This document shows, in pieces, positions 42,083 through 51,422 of a DNA stretch of 64,000 nucleotides. Numbering within the stretch: the stretch's first letter is position 1; every line of letters starts with the position of its first letter. Under the pieces are notes generated by a model. That model ran no database searches. It was given only the letters and a program-made list of their open reading frames with translations, and was not told the origin of the DNA. The position numbers and the translations under genes were made by a program. Origin of the DNA: Methanomassiliicoccaceae archaeon (GTDB lineage Archaea > Thermoplasmatota > Thermoplasmata > Methanomassiliicoccales > Methanomassiliicoccaceae); contig CAVSJV010000003.1 of assembly GCA_963728405.1 (NCBI GenBank), positions 160,001 through 224,000 of the forward strand, in the 5' to 3' direction.

Positions 42083-42116
42083 AAAGCATTTTGTCCAGCT
42101 CCCCCTATGAGGTCGT

Positions 42117-42515
42117 ATGAAGCAGGAAGTGAAGGCGTTCCTGGACACCGCGGCGGGCAGGCGGGCAGCTCAGCTCCGGAAGCAGGACCCCGAGGTCAAA
42201 GCATCTTACGTCCTGGATGACCAGGCACCTCGAGCGGTGGTCAAGGCAGAGAAGGACGGCCAGGTGTTGGCCTTCGAGTTCCTGGAGACCGCCGAGACCG
42301 CGGCAATCCAGGCCAATATGGAGGACTATGTGTTCTCGGCCAACGAGTTCGGGGCAGTGACCGTGTGCCTGCCGGAAGCGAACTATCCCCGGGAGATCGC
42401 CTCCACCGTCCTCACCGATCTTCAAGGCCGCATCAGGAAGGGCGGGGCCACTGGCGATTTCAGGTTCTCCGGCTACGTCTACGACACCATGGGAAATTTC
42501 AAGAAGGTCAAGTGA
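42117..42515 (+). CDS. Hypothetical protein
   Basis: GAGGT SD, host-like codon usage. Confidence 0.7.
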   Translation: MKQEVKAFLDTAAGRRAAQLRKQDPEVKASYVLDDQAPRAVVKAEKDGQVLAFEFLETAETAAIQANMEDYVFSANEFGAVTVCLPEANYPREIASTVLTDLQGRIRKGGATGDFRFSGYVYDTMGNFKKVK

Positions 42516-42549
42516 GCTGGGTTCGCCGAGCGGTAGAGGTCCTGATCCC

Positions 42550-43533
42550 ATGGAAGAGCCCGATAGCGAGACCATCTGGTGGCGATGTGCCTATTATGCC
42601 TATCTTGATAGTTGGAAGCGGGCCGACCTCGCCGATGAGGATGAGGCCAGGGAACGGGCCATCGACACCTTACAGGATACCGTTGGCGGATTCTTGGAAG
42701 GCGCTCTTAACTTTGGCACCTTGAAATATCGAATGGACAACGTCTCGACGGAGAACGGTTCGACCTTTCCGCCAAGGGCGGTGTCCTCGGCCCTCAGCGA
42801 CCTGGCGCTGGGAGTCCCCATCGACGATCTGGAGCCGGCTCTGCGCCGCGCGGCCCGTCTCCCCGAGGGACCGGGGGAGGCCAAGGGAACGCTGATGGAC
42901 CTCGAGGATTTCATCGAGAGCGAGGTCTCCAGGGGGAACCTGAAGAGGGGGCAGGCCCTACCAGAGCGGTGGCCTGAACTGATGGCCTGCCTGTGGCATA
43001 TCCAGGAGCCGTCCGGCTGGCCGCTCATCAGCGCCCCGGCCTTGGACTACCTGAAAGGGAGAGGTGAGGTCGTACCGCTGGAACCAGCCCATGACTATGC
43101 GGAATACGCAGGGTTCATGAGACGGCTGTCCGAACTGACCGGAGGCGACCTGATAGCGCTAGAGCACCTGCTCTCCAGTCTGGGGGAGGACGAGGTGGTG
43201 GTTCCGGACGCCGAGGAGTGCTTCCGACGGAGTTTGGAGAGGGCCAAGGAGCTGGAGGACGAGGGAGCGGCCGACCAGGCACTGGCGATGTACGAACGGG
43301 CCCTCTCCCTCCGTCCTCGGACCCCGGACGCCCTCCGCCGTAAGGCCGATATCTATGAGGAGAAAGGGCTCACCATGGCCGCCATCGGGGAGATGGAAGC
43401 GCTGGTGGAGATTGAGCCCCGGGACCTGTCGGCCCACCGTAGGCTCATAGTGCTCTACAAGGCACAGAATATGGTCCGCGAGCACAATATCGAGGTGCGG
43501 CGGTTCAAGGCCCTCAGGGAAAAGAGGGAATGA
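42550..43533 (+). CDS. Protein with C-terminal TPR repeats
   Basis: ALAMYERALSLRP..ALRRKADIY..AIGEMEALVEIEP. Confidence 0.8.
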   Translation: MEEPDSETIWWRCAYYAYLDSWKRADLADEDEARERAIDTLQDTVGGFLEGALNFGTLKYRMDNVSTENGSTFPPRAVSSALSDLALGVPIDDLEPALRRAARLPEGPGEAKGTLMDLEDFIESEVSRGNLKRGQALPERWPELMACLWHIQEPSGWPLISAPALDYLKGRGEVVPLEPAHDYAEYAGFMRRLSELTGGDLIALEHLLSSLGEDEVVVPDAEECFRRSLERAKELEDEGAADQALAMYERALSLRPRTPDALRRKADIYEEKGLTMAAIGEMEALVEIEPRDLSAHRRLIVLYKAQNMVREHNIEVRRFKALREKRE

Positions 43534-43657
43534 GCGGGGACGCCGTCCTGATGACGGCCGTCCGCCCCCAGTGAATGACCCATCCTCGGAGATGTGCCAA
43601 AATGTTCGTCGCGCCCCCTGGATGGCCTAAAATATTCACCACTCCGATCAACGTCCG

Positions 43658-44452
43658 ATGCAAACTTCGACCCAGCTTACCTTCGGTTCCAGGGTCCGGT
43701 TGAACAGCGGTGCTTCCATGCCCGTCCTCGGCTTCGGCACTTGGCAGCTTCGAGGCCAACAGGCCAGGGTGGCCGTGGAGACGGCCATCGACATCGGATA
43801 TCGACTGGTCGATACCGCCAGCAGATATGATAACGAGATCGAGGTGGGCGAGGCGGTTCGAAGGAGCGGCGTCCCTCGCGAGGGACTTTTCATAACGTCC
43901 AAGCTATGGAGCCATGAGCATGGCCACGCTGAGGCCAAGGCGGCCTGCAGGCGGAGCTTGGAACGACTGGGTCTGGAGCATCTAGACCTGTACCTCATCC
44001 ACTGGCCTTCCGGAGGGAGGAACGTGGAGACCTGGCAGGCCCTTATCGAGCTGTTACAGGAAGGGCGGACCAGGGCCATCGGGGTGAGCAACTTCAGCAT
44101 GGAGGATATGGCTCCCTTGATCGCTGACACTGGTGTCGTCCCTTCGGTTGATCAGGTGGAGTTCAACCCATACCATCATGATGAACACCTCCTCGTCGAA
44201 TGCGCCAAGGCCGGCATCCAGGTGGAGGCGTACAGCCCCTTGAACGGCATGGACCTGAAGGACAGAACGGTCGCGGGATCGGCCCTTCGTCATCACCGCA
44301 GCCCGGCGCAGGTGGTGCTCCGGTGGTGTCTCCAGAAAGGTACGGTCGTTCTGACAAAATCATCCCATGCCGGACGGATCGCCGAGAACTCCCAGATCTT
44401 CGATTTTGAACTTGCATCGGACGAGATGGCAGAGCTGGATCATCTCCAATAG
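43658..44452 (+). CDS. Aldo/keto reductase
   Basis: MPVLGFGTW, DTASRY, TSKLW, DLYLIHWP. Confidence 0.92.
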   Translation: MQTSTQLTFGSRVRLNSGASMPVLGFGTWQLRGQQARVAVETAIDIGYRLVDTASRYDNEIEVGEAVRRSGVPREGLFITSKLWSHEHGHAEAKAACRRSLERLGLEHLDLYLIHWPSGGRNVETWQALIELLQEGRTRAIGVSNFSMEDMAPLIADTGVVPSVDQVEFNPYHHDEHLLVECAKAGIQVEAYSPLNGMDLKDRTVAGSALRHHRSPAQVVLRWCLQKGTVVLTKSSHAGRIAENSQIFDFELASDEMAELDHLQ

Positions 44453-44509
44453 GCGCCGGTCGCGTGATCGGCCCCTCTTGCGCTTTCCGTAAATCTTAAT
44501 CGATGGATC

Positions 44510-44665
44510 GGGATGCCTCGCTGCCCCACAGCGTCACCACGGTGGTGGGAGCCTCCTGCTGGGCATGGCATGTTCGACATCCCGTTCTTCCTGGCCACGG
44601 GGCCCTATGTCATCGCCATCGCCTTGTTCTACGCCAACTTCAGGGGTGTTGAGCCCAAGGAATGA
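44510..44665 (+). pseudogene. Possible remnant of an MFS transporter C-terminus
   Basis: MFDIPFFLATGPYVIAIALFYANFRGVEPKE* resembles a final TM helix; no upstream gene body. Confidence 0.35.
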
Positions 44666-44719
44666 GCGGGCCAAACCCTATAATCTCCCAGACCCAATAA
44701 CTTGATACTTGGTGAACAG

Positions 44720-45160
44720 ATGATGGGGCAACGGGACGACCGAGTGAGAGGGCTGCAGTGGAGAGCGGTACTGTCCATCGTCGCAGTGTTCGGATGGCTC
44801 ATCTTCGTGGTGCTGTGGCTGTTCTTCATCACATCTCAGCTGGGGGACGCCCAGAACCTCGCCGTGTTGCTCATCTCGCTCCTGCTCCTCATCGCCCTGT
44901 TGGCAGTGACCTGGGTTACCTGGGGCCTCAAGCACCCGCCCCTCTACCCCCAGCCTACCGCCTATGGGCAGTATTATCAAAGACCTCGCTGGAAGGTCGC
45001 TTTGGGGGGAGCGACCGTGATCGCATGGGCCGCCTTCATCGTGGTCTGGCTGTTCTTCTACGCCAGCGAATTCACCCTGTATCAGAATCTGGGAGCCGTC
45101 CTGGCCTCTCTGCTGGTAGTAGGTGGCATCAACTGGGCCATCAGCCTCTTTGGACGGTAG
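44720..45160 (+). CDS. Membrane protein with an internal two-helix repeat
   Basis: W..FxVxWLFF...QNL(A/G) unit twice; paralog at 50589. Confidence 0.75.
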   Translation: MMGQRDDRVRGLQWRAVLSIVAVFGWLIFVVLWLFFITSQLGDAQNLAVLLISLLLLIALLAVTWVTWGLKHPPLYPQPTAYGQYYQRPRWKVALGGATVIAWAAFIVVWLFFYASEFTLYQNLGAVLASLLVVGGINWAISLFGR

Positions 45161-45612
45161 CGAGAGCGCATGGCATGATTCCCACCCTCTAGTTGCGGGC
45201 GGACCGAGACCTTATTAGACCTGGTTTTCGGACGGGGCTGCCCCTAGGCGCCATCGCCCTCTGAGCGATCGGCCGCAGGCGGTCTAGATGACGGTTTTCC
45301 GCGGTCTTTTCCGGTTCGCCTTCAGTTCTTCATCTCATAGAGGTTTGGATGACCAGCTCGTAGATCATGTCGGCTGTCCGCATTGAGGCCGTTGGAACGA
45401 CGGGGTTGAACATCGCACTCCTTCTACCGATCATCATCGAACCGTACCTCCTCAATATCCTGGCCTTCGATGTCCCGCTCAAGGATCCCCTGCTCCGATC
45501 GACGCTTGGATAGGGGCTGCTCTTCCTTCGAACATTAGCCCCGTCGTTCCACCCGATGTCTCGGTTCCTGGCACACCAGATATTATCTAGCAGACGCTCC
45601 CAATAATATGCG

Positions 45613-46102
45613 GTGATGGGAATGAAGGACCAGAGAGCCCCTTTTCGTTATGTGATGACCTGGAAGAAGGCCGAGAATGAGAGGATCGCCATCGAGGCGC
45701 GCTACCAGAACTTCCTGAAAGGGAGGGGGCGGGAGGAAGCCTTGGAGCTGGGGTGGGTGGAGGGCACCCGGTGCTCGCTGATGAGGAGGTTGGCCCGGAA
45801 CGGTAGAAAGACGATACCGCCACGGAGAGGGCGACGGCACGGTCAGCGTGGACCTGCCCTACGGCCCGGCCGGCGAGGACCTCGGACGGCGGATGGCCCT
45901 TATCGCCTCGGTACTTCGAGAGGCCCCCGTCAGCGCTGCACTGGACCGAGCCTATGACTATCTGGATGCCGCATCGTCGGTGGAGATCGACTTCTGGGCG
46001 AGCAAGCTTTTGGACCAGGAGGTTGGCCCCCAGAGGGTAGTGCCGGCGCTGCTGCTGGTCAGCCGGGCGATGAGGGTGCGGCCAGCAGAGCAGGAGCACT
46101 AG
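45613..46102 (+). CDS. Hypothetical protein (frameshift near 45830)
   Basis: Two overlapping ORFs with host-like codons that join into one helical protein. Confidence 0.55.
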
Positions 46103-46142
46103 GGCCGCATAGCATTATCAATGGCCGGTCGATTCCCTGGTC

Positions 46143-46742
46143 ATGAACGACCGCCAGTGGGCCGGCCTTGCCCTATTCATCGGGGGAGCCCAGTTCATGC
46201 TAGGGCTCCTGATTGCCGAGGCCTTGTATCCTGGGTATAGTGTCGCGCTCAATTTCATCAGCGACCTGGGGGTGGGCCCAGAACCGTCCCGGACGATCTT
46301 CAGCGTCTCGGTGTTCCTGTTCGGACTGTTCGGCCTGGCCGCCTCGATACTGCTGCTCAGGTCAAAGGGAGACCGGGTCGTTCCTTACATGCTACTGGCG
46401 TCAGGCCTGGGGGCCATGGGGGTTGGGCTCATCAATGAGCATATGGCCCCCTATCACACCATTATGGCGTTCCTTGCCTTCTTCATGGGGGGCCTGGCCG
46501 CCGTGTTCTCGTACCGTCTGGTGCGGTGGCCCCTGGGCCTCCTTTCAGCGACGCTCGGCCTCATCAGCCTGGCCGCGCTGGTCCTAACCGGGGCGGGCTT
46601 CGATCTCGGAATGGGCAAGGGAGGCATCGAACGGATGATACTCTATCCGTCGATGACCTGGTTGGTAGGGCTGGGGGCGGTCCTAGTGTCTCAGAACGGA
46701 GAGACTGGACCGCAGGATGGTCCTAACGGACCAGCTCGCTGA
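46143..46742 (+). CDS. DUF998 membrane protein
   Basis: YPGYS...ISDLG, H, GGIERM..YP. Confidence 0.85.
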   Translation: MNDRQWAGLALFIGGAQFMLGLLIAEALYPGYSVALNFISDLGVGPEPSRTIFSVSVFLFGLFGLAASILLLRSKGDRVVPYMLLASGLGAMGVGLINEHMAPYHTIMAFLAFFMGGLAAVFSYRLVRWPLGLLSATLGLISLAALVLTGAGFDLGMGKGGIERMILYPSMTWLVGLGAVLVSQNGETGPQDGPNGPAR

Positions 46743-48174
46743 TGTGCTGGGCCGGCCTCTTCCCCTTTCTCTTGCTCACGTAGATATTGCGTCCCTTCTT
46801 GTGCAGGGTGAAGACGTCGTTGAACTCTTCCAGGAACTCCCTCAGGCCGGCCTTGCCGTGGCTCTTGAAGTCGATCTGGGGATCGAGGTGCTTGACCTCC
46901 TTGCTGAGCTGGGGCAGGAACGCTAGGCCGTCGTCCTTGACCACGTTGTCGAAGGCCGAGGTGATCACCTTCAGCAGATCTATCTGACTGCGGACGGGCC
47001 CGCGGGCCTCGAGCGGTTCCGGTTCAGGTTCTGGCTCTCCCATCGGGGCCTCGACCGGGACAGGTTCCACAGGGGGAAGGACATCCTCGATCTCTTCCTC
47101 GGCCTTCTCGACCTTCTTCACCAGCATGCTCTTTCCTCGGCGGAGCAGCATGAAGTGGCCAGGCAGAGCTTCCAGCAGGTGGGAGATCTTCTCCTTTCCA
47201 AAGTTGGCGCTGTCGAAATTGGGGTCGATCCGTTTAGCGGCCTTGAACAGGCGGAAGGTGTCGGCGCTCCCATCGCTGTTCTTGTCCACCGCCTCGTAGG
47301 CCTGGAGCAGTAGCGGCAGGGCATCGTGGGCGGTGCGTCCGGTGGACACGACCTTGGCTAGTTCCTTCTCCAGGCAGGGAGGGCAGATAACCTCGGGAGG
47401 GGGGACCGGGCGGGAGCCATCCTTCTTTCGGATGTAGATCGCCCCGTTGCTGGCCCGCTCTACCTCGAACACATCATCCAGCTCGTCAATGAGATTGAGC
47501 AGCGAGGCCTTGCCGAAGGTCCTGGTGTCGAACGCCGGGTCCAGCCTGCGCAGCGCCGCGCCGATGTCGCCATTCAGCGCGCGGCCATCATCGTTCACGG
47601 CGTACTCGAACGCCCTGTTGAGTATGTCCGCCGCATCGCGGGGCGTTTTCCTGGGCCGGGCATGACCCTTGGGAGCGCGAGGGGCTTCCTTGTCCTCTTC
47701 CTCCTCGGCATCCTTTCCCAGATTCTCTGTGGACACGAACACGTCGCAAGCTCGGCGGAACGAGTCGTGGGTCTCCTTCTTCCCTATGCCAATGACGAAC
47801 AGCCCGTGCTCGCGTATCTTGATGGCTAGGGAGGTGTAATCGGAATCGCTCGACACGATCACGAAGCCCTTCACGATGCCATCATGGAGGATGTCCATGG
47901 CGTCGATGATGAGGGCGATGTCGGTGGCGTTCTTGGTTACATAACGATTGGAAATATTGGGGAACTGCTGGTAAGGCGAAAGCGCATATTCCTTGAGCTT
48001 TAACTTCCAGGAATTGACCTGTCCGCCGGCGGTCCAGTTGCCATAGACCCTGCGGATGATGACCGATCCGTACTTGGAGGCCTCTGCCAGCATCTCTTCT
48101 ATCATCGTGGCTGAGGCGTTATCTCCGTCGACCAGGAAGGCCAACTGCCTGTCCTCGATGCGCTTCTCGTCCAT
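46723..48174 (-). CDS. NYN (LabA/DUF88) ribonuclease domain with three OST-HTH/LOTUS repeats
   Basis: LVDGDN, RRVYGNW, KNATDIALIIDAMD, VSSDSDY; three DPxFD...G repeats. Confidence 0.9.
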   Translation of the reverse strand: MDEKRIEDRQLAFLVDGDNASATMIEEMLAEASKYGSVIIRRVYGNWTAGGQVNSWKLKLKEYALSPYQQFPNISNRYVTKNATDIALIIDAMDILHDGIVKGFVIVSSDSDYTSLAIKIREHGLFVIGIGKKETHDSFRRACDVFVSTENLGKDAEEEEDKEAPRAPKGHARPRKTPRDAADILNRAFEYAVNDDGRALNGDIGAALRRLDPAFDTRTFGKASLLNLIDELDDVFEVERASNGAIYIRKKDGSRPVPPPEVICPPCLEKELAKVVSTGRTAHDALPLLLQAYEAVDKNSDGSADTFRLFKAAKRIDPNFDSANFGKEKISHLLEALPGHFMLLRRGKSMLVKKVEKAEEEIEDVLPPVEPVPVEAPMGEPEPEPEPLEARGPVRSQIDLLKVITSAFDNVVKDDGLAFLPQLSKEVKHLDPQIDFKSHGKAGLREFLEEFNDVFTLHKKGRNIYVSKRKGKRPAQHISELVR

Positions 48175-48252
48175 AATTGAATGTCTCCGTTGTATCTATA
48201 ACGCCAGTATCGAGCAATTATTTAATAAGGCGGTTGAAAGCGGCGGCCTTCT

Positions 48253-48687
48253 TCACCACGGTCTGGCTCCCGTCTCGGCCACCCGGTCGTTGTACCGCCT
48301 GGCTATGCGATAGGCATCGTACACCTGCCATCCCCAGATCAACACCGCCGCCACCAGGGTGATGATGAGGATGTATAGCATGAGAAGGGAGATGGTGATG
48401 ATCAATATGGCCAGGCCCTGTGCGAACTTGCGTCCGTAGATATGTCCTAGGCCGGGGACGAGCAACGCCAGAATGACCGCCAGGGGGACGCTCTTGGGTT
48501 CCACCCTCGGCGGTTGCCAGGGTGGCGGAGCCGGATCTGGTATACGATAGGCCTCGGCCGGCTCTTCATCCACCCCGAATCCTTCATCGAACGGACGGTT
48601 GACTCTATCGGTCACCTTGCGGCCGCGCACTGCATGCTCAGTAGGGCTAATCACATTCTGGACCATGGTATGGCCTCCCATTTTCAT
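48253..48687 (-). CDS. TM2-like membrane protein
   Basis: KSVPLAVILALLVPGLGHIY, DAY..A..YN. Confidence 0.75.
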   Translation of the reverse strand: MKMGGHTMVQNVISPTEHAVRGRKVTDRVNRPFDEGFGVDEEPAEAYRIPDPAPPPWQPPRVEPKSVPLAVILALLVPGLGHIYGRKFAQGLAILIITISLLMLYILIITLVAAVLIWGWQVYDAYRIARRYNDRVAETGARPW

Positions 48688-48755
48688 GGTACCCAGACAG
48701 TACTTTAGGCTTTTTCATCCAAACTTCCTTTTCCACATCCTCCGTTCAAGGGACC

Positions 48756-48926
48756 ATGGACGAGCTCGATGTCCGTCTGTGCGGCCTGCTGAACCTGAAC
48801 TCCTGCGCCCCTTACCGGGAGCTCGCCGACAAGCTGGGACTAGGCCTGCAGGCGGTCCACCGCCCCATCTCCCCCCATGAGGTCAATGGCGCGATCGGGA
48901 GCACCGTGGGGCGATTCACCGAATAA
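48756..48926 (+). pseudogene. Truncated Lrp/AsnC-family regulator (HTH only)
   Basis: MDELDVRLCGLLNLNSCAPYRELADKLGLGLQAVHR, then the similarity stops. Confidence 0.65.
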
Positions 48927-48958
48927 GATAGATATCCTGGCAGAGCATAGAACGACCC

Positions 48959-49855
48959 ATGGCCAAGCTTCGCTCACTATTGCTCCGTAACTACCGTCGG
49001 TTCGCCGGCGAAATCGAGCTACCGCTGGACCCGGGGATCAACCTTATCGCCATCCCGGCCGGCCTGGGCAAGACCAGCATATTGGAGGCTGTTTCGTGGT
49101 GCCTGTTGGGGACAGAACTGGTCTGCGAACCAGAGCAGGTGCCCAACATCGAGGCACTGGGCAAGGGAATGGCCGATGTACTGGTGGGCCTGGAGTTCGT
49201 AAACGGCGAACGGCTGGAGCGGTTCGCTCTGTTCTCCTACGTGTCAGGGGGGGTCGAGCGGGAGGCCTGGGGATGGAGGCTGGTGGACGCCGCCAGCGGC
49301 AAAGTGATCATCGAAGGGGACGACGGAGATGATTTCGCCGACCAGCAGGAGCGGTTGTTCCCGGAGACCTGCGTTCACGCCAACCTGATCAATGGTCCGG
49401 CCCTCCGGAGAGCGGCGGAGGGCTGCCGCAGTGGGGTGGAGAGGGCGGTGAACAGCAGCAACAACTGGTGCACCAGCGATCTGTCCCTTAGGTGCTCGAT
49501 GGAGGCCACTGGCCTGTTCCTCTCCCTGTGCCCGCAAGCCCCGGTGAACGCTCTGAGCTACGGTCCCGAGGGCCGCCTGGAGGTGTCGGTGCATGGTCCT
49601 CTGACCGAGACCGAGGTTCGGCTGGCACTATTGAGCCACGCCGTGGCCTTCGCCAAGGAGAGCGCTAAGGTCTGCCCAATCTTCCTGGACGACCCCTTCG
49701 GCCAGGCCGATGAGCTTGACCATGCCGCCCTATTCAAGAGGATCGTGGAGATGCTCCCCTCCAGGCAGGTGGTGTTCCTGCTTTCGGGCCAGAAGGACAT
49801 CGCCGACTTGAGGTCCACCGGCAGGGTGGACAAGGAGCTGGAGATACGCGGATAG
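48959..49855 (+). CDS. SMC/Rad50/DndD-like ABC-ATPase head lacking the coiled coil, with degenerate motifs
   Basis: LRNYRRFAG, AGLGKTSILEAVSWCLLG, PIFLDDPFGQAD, QVVFL. Confidence 0.78.
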   Translation: MAKLRSLLLRNYRRFAGEIELPLDPGINLIAIPAGLGKTSILEAVSWCLLGTELVCEPEQVPNIEALGKGMADVLVGLEFVNGERLERFALFSYVSGGVEREAWGWRLVDAASGKVIIEGDDGDDFADQQERLFPETCVHANLINGPALRRAAEGCRSGVERAVNSSNNWCTSDLSLRCSMEATGLFLSLCPQAPVNALSYGPEGRLEVSVHGPLTETEVRLALLSHAVAFAKESAKVCPIFLDDPFGQADELDHAALFKRIVEMLPSRQVVFLLSGQKDIADLRSTGRVDKELEIRG

Positions 49856-49857
49856 GG

Positions 49858-50187
49858 TTGACACGCCCACCAATGAAGTCATGGAATCCAGAGGTCACCG
49901 TCGTTCCGAGCGTACTTCCTGAGGACCGGGTTCGCTGTCGCCGGGGGCAGACCTACATCTTTGGCATCCTTTGACAGTTATGCCGCCGGCCCGCTAAGCG
50001 AACTTCACCGCCCACCGGGCTTTCACTAACTCAGCACTGAAGTCTCGTCCGTGCTTGACCTTGAAGGTCAGGAGCGTCCACTTCCTCGATGGTCCGAGGC
50101 TATAAACGCATTACGGGAGGCCACTGAAAGTACTACTTATCGCAATTCATCCCACGATTCAAATCGTGGGCTTTCTTGCTCAAGGCC
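49858..50187 (-). mobile_element. 330-bp internally deleted IS200/IS605 element with a decayed tnpB 5' fragment
   Basis: Minus strand TTAC|GGCCTTGAGCAAG-AAAG-CCCACGATTTGAATCGTGGG left end; LLTFKVKHGRDFSAELVKAR..SKDAKDVGL..VLRKYARN; degenerate right hairpin ending GTGTCAA. Confidence 0.82.
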
Positions 50188-50224
50188 GTAAACTTCATCA
50201 CCTCTCCCGCTCAATGAAAGGGCC

Positions 50225-50548
50225 ATGAGCCCAGTGCAGACCATCCCTCCGAACGAGTTTGGCACTTTCAAAAAAGAGATCGAGGAGGGGAGATGCCTCC
50301 TTCTGGACGTCAGGGAGCCAAGAGAGTATGAGGCTGGCCACATCCCATCAGCGCAGACCCGACCCCTATCGCAGATGGCCCACTGGCCGAGCGAATTTGC
50401 CAAGGACCGGATGATCATTGTATATTGCCGCACCAGCAACCGCAGTCGGAGATGCGCCGAGCACCTGATGGCCCGAGGATTCCAGGACATGTACGTGCTA
50501 GAGGGGGGCTTCAGCGCCTGGTCCTTGGGCCGGCCCGGACCAAAATGA
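50225..50548 (+). CDS. Rhodanese-like protein
   Basis: LLDVREPREYEAGHIP, YCRTSNRS, LEGG. Confidence 0.9.
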   Translation: MSPVQTIPPNEFGTFKKEIEEGRCLLLDVREPREYEAGHIPSAQTRPLSQMAHWPSEFAKDRMIIVYCRTSNRSRRCAEHLMARGFQDMYVLEGGFSAWSLGRPGPK

Positions 50549-50588
50549 ATAATAATATCTCCGCCCAACTCGATCTCGGATCGAGAAT

Positions 50589-51042
50589 ATGATGCCCGCG
50601 GCACCTAGGGAGATGCGGGGAATGGGATGGCGGATACCTGCCAGCATCCTCATCGCCGTAGGTTGGCTCGCGTTCATCGTGATCTGGCTGTTCTTCTTCG
50701 CTTCGGATTATAGCATCTACAAGAACCTGGCCATCCTGTTCGTATCGGCCCTCATCGGCATGGTCGTTCTAGTCGCCATGTGGATAGGTTTCGGGCTGCG
50801 CATGGGAATGATGTATGCCCCGGACCGCCGCGAATGGACCGACTACCGCAACAGTTCGGTGGAGGGGGGCGTTCAGCGTTCTGGTAGTGTTGGCCTGGTC
50901 GGCGTTCTTGCTCATATGGTTGTTCGTTTACGCCGACAGCCATACTGGCTATCAGAACATCGCAGTTATCTTTGTCTCCCTGCTCATCGCCGGAGGACTG
51001 TCCGCATCGATCTGGAGCAGATGGTGGCGCTACTATCGTTGA
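50589..51042 (+). CDS. Membrane protein, paralog of 44720-45160 (frameshift near 50850)
   Basis: FIVIWLFFFA..YKNLA / LIWLFVYA..YQNIA repeats. Confidence 0.72.
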
Positions 51043-51164
51043 TTCCACAATAATGGATGGCACGTCATGAACAGGACAGTGCTGCTATAGTTTTTGAGAG
51101 TAGAAAGGCGATATTCTTATATCTTGGAATTATCGCCACATCATTGTTCCCTCGCAAATTCAGC

Positions 51165-51422
51165 ATGATATGCATCGCCACGCTGATCGCGGTGGTCGTC
51201 CTGGCCATGGCCATGGTGGCGATGAGCCCACAAAGCGTCATCAATGACGCGCCTCAGAGCGCTAGCTCCGCCGCGGTCGACGGAAATGCCGCTGGAGAGC
51301 TAGGGATCATGCCCATAGGCCTGGGCCTGTCGCTCACCATCGTGGTCGATGTGGGCCTGATGACCCTGGGCCTGGTGATCCTGTTCAAGGAAGAGGCTCC
51401 CAGCCGCTACCGGGTGCGCTGA
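51165..51422 (+). CDS. Small two-TM membrane protein
   Basis: Two hydrophobic segments. Confidence 0.5.
   Translation: MICIATLIAVVVLAMAMVAMSPQSVINDAPQSASSAAVDGNAAGELGIMPIGLGLSLTIVVDVGLMTLGLVILFKEEAPSRYRVR

Noticed and set aside
43535-43575. CTGATGA suggesting a hammerhead ribozyme or fluoride riboswitch
   Set aside because: It lies in the loop of a simple hairpin; no correctly placed GAAA core or riboswitch pseudoknot
48870-48919. CGTGGGGCGATTCAC as another IS605 right end truncating the Lrp remnant
   Set aside because: Loop too long, no guide tetranucleotide and no left end; too weak to call
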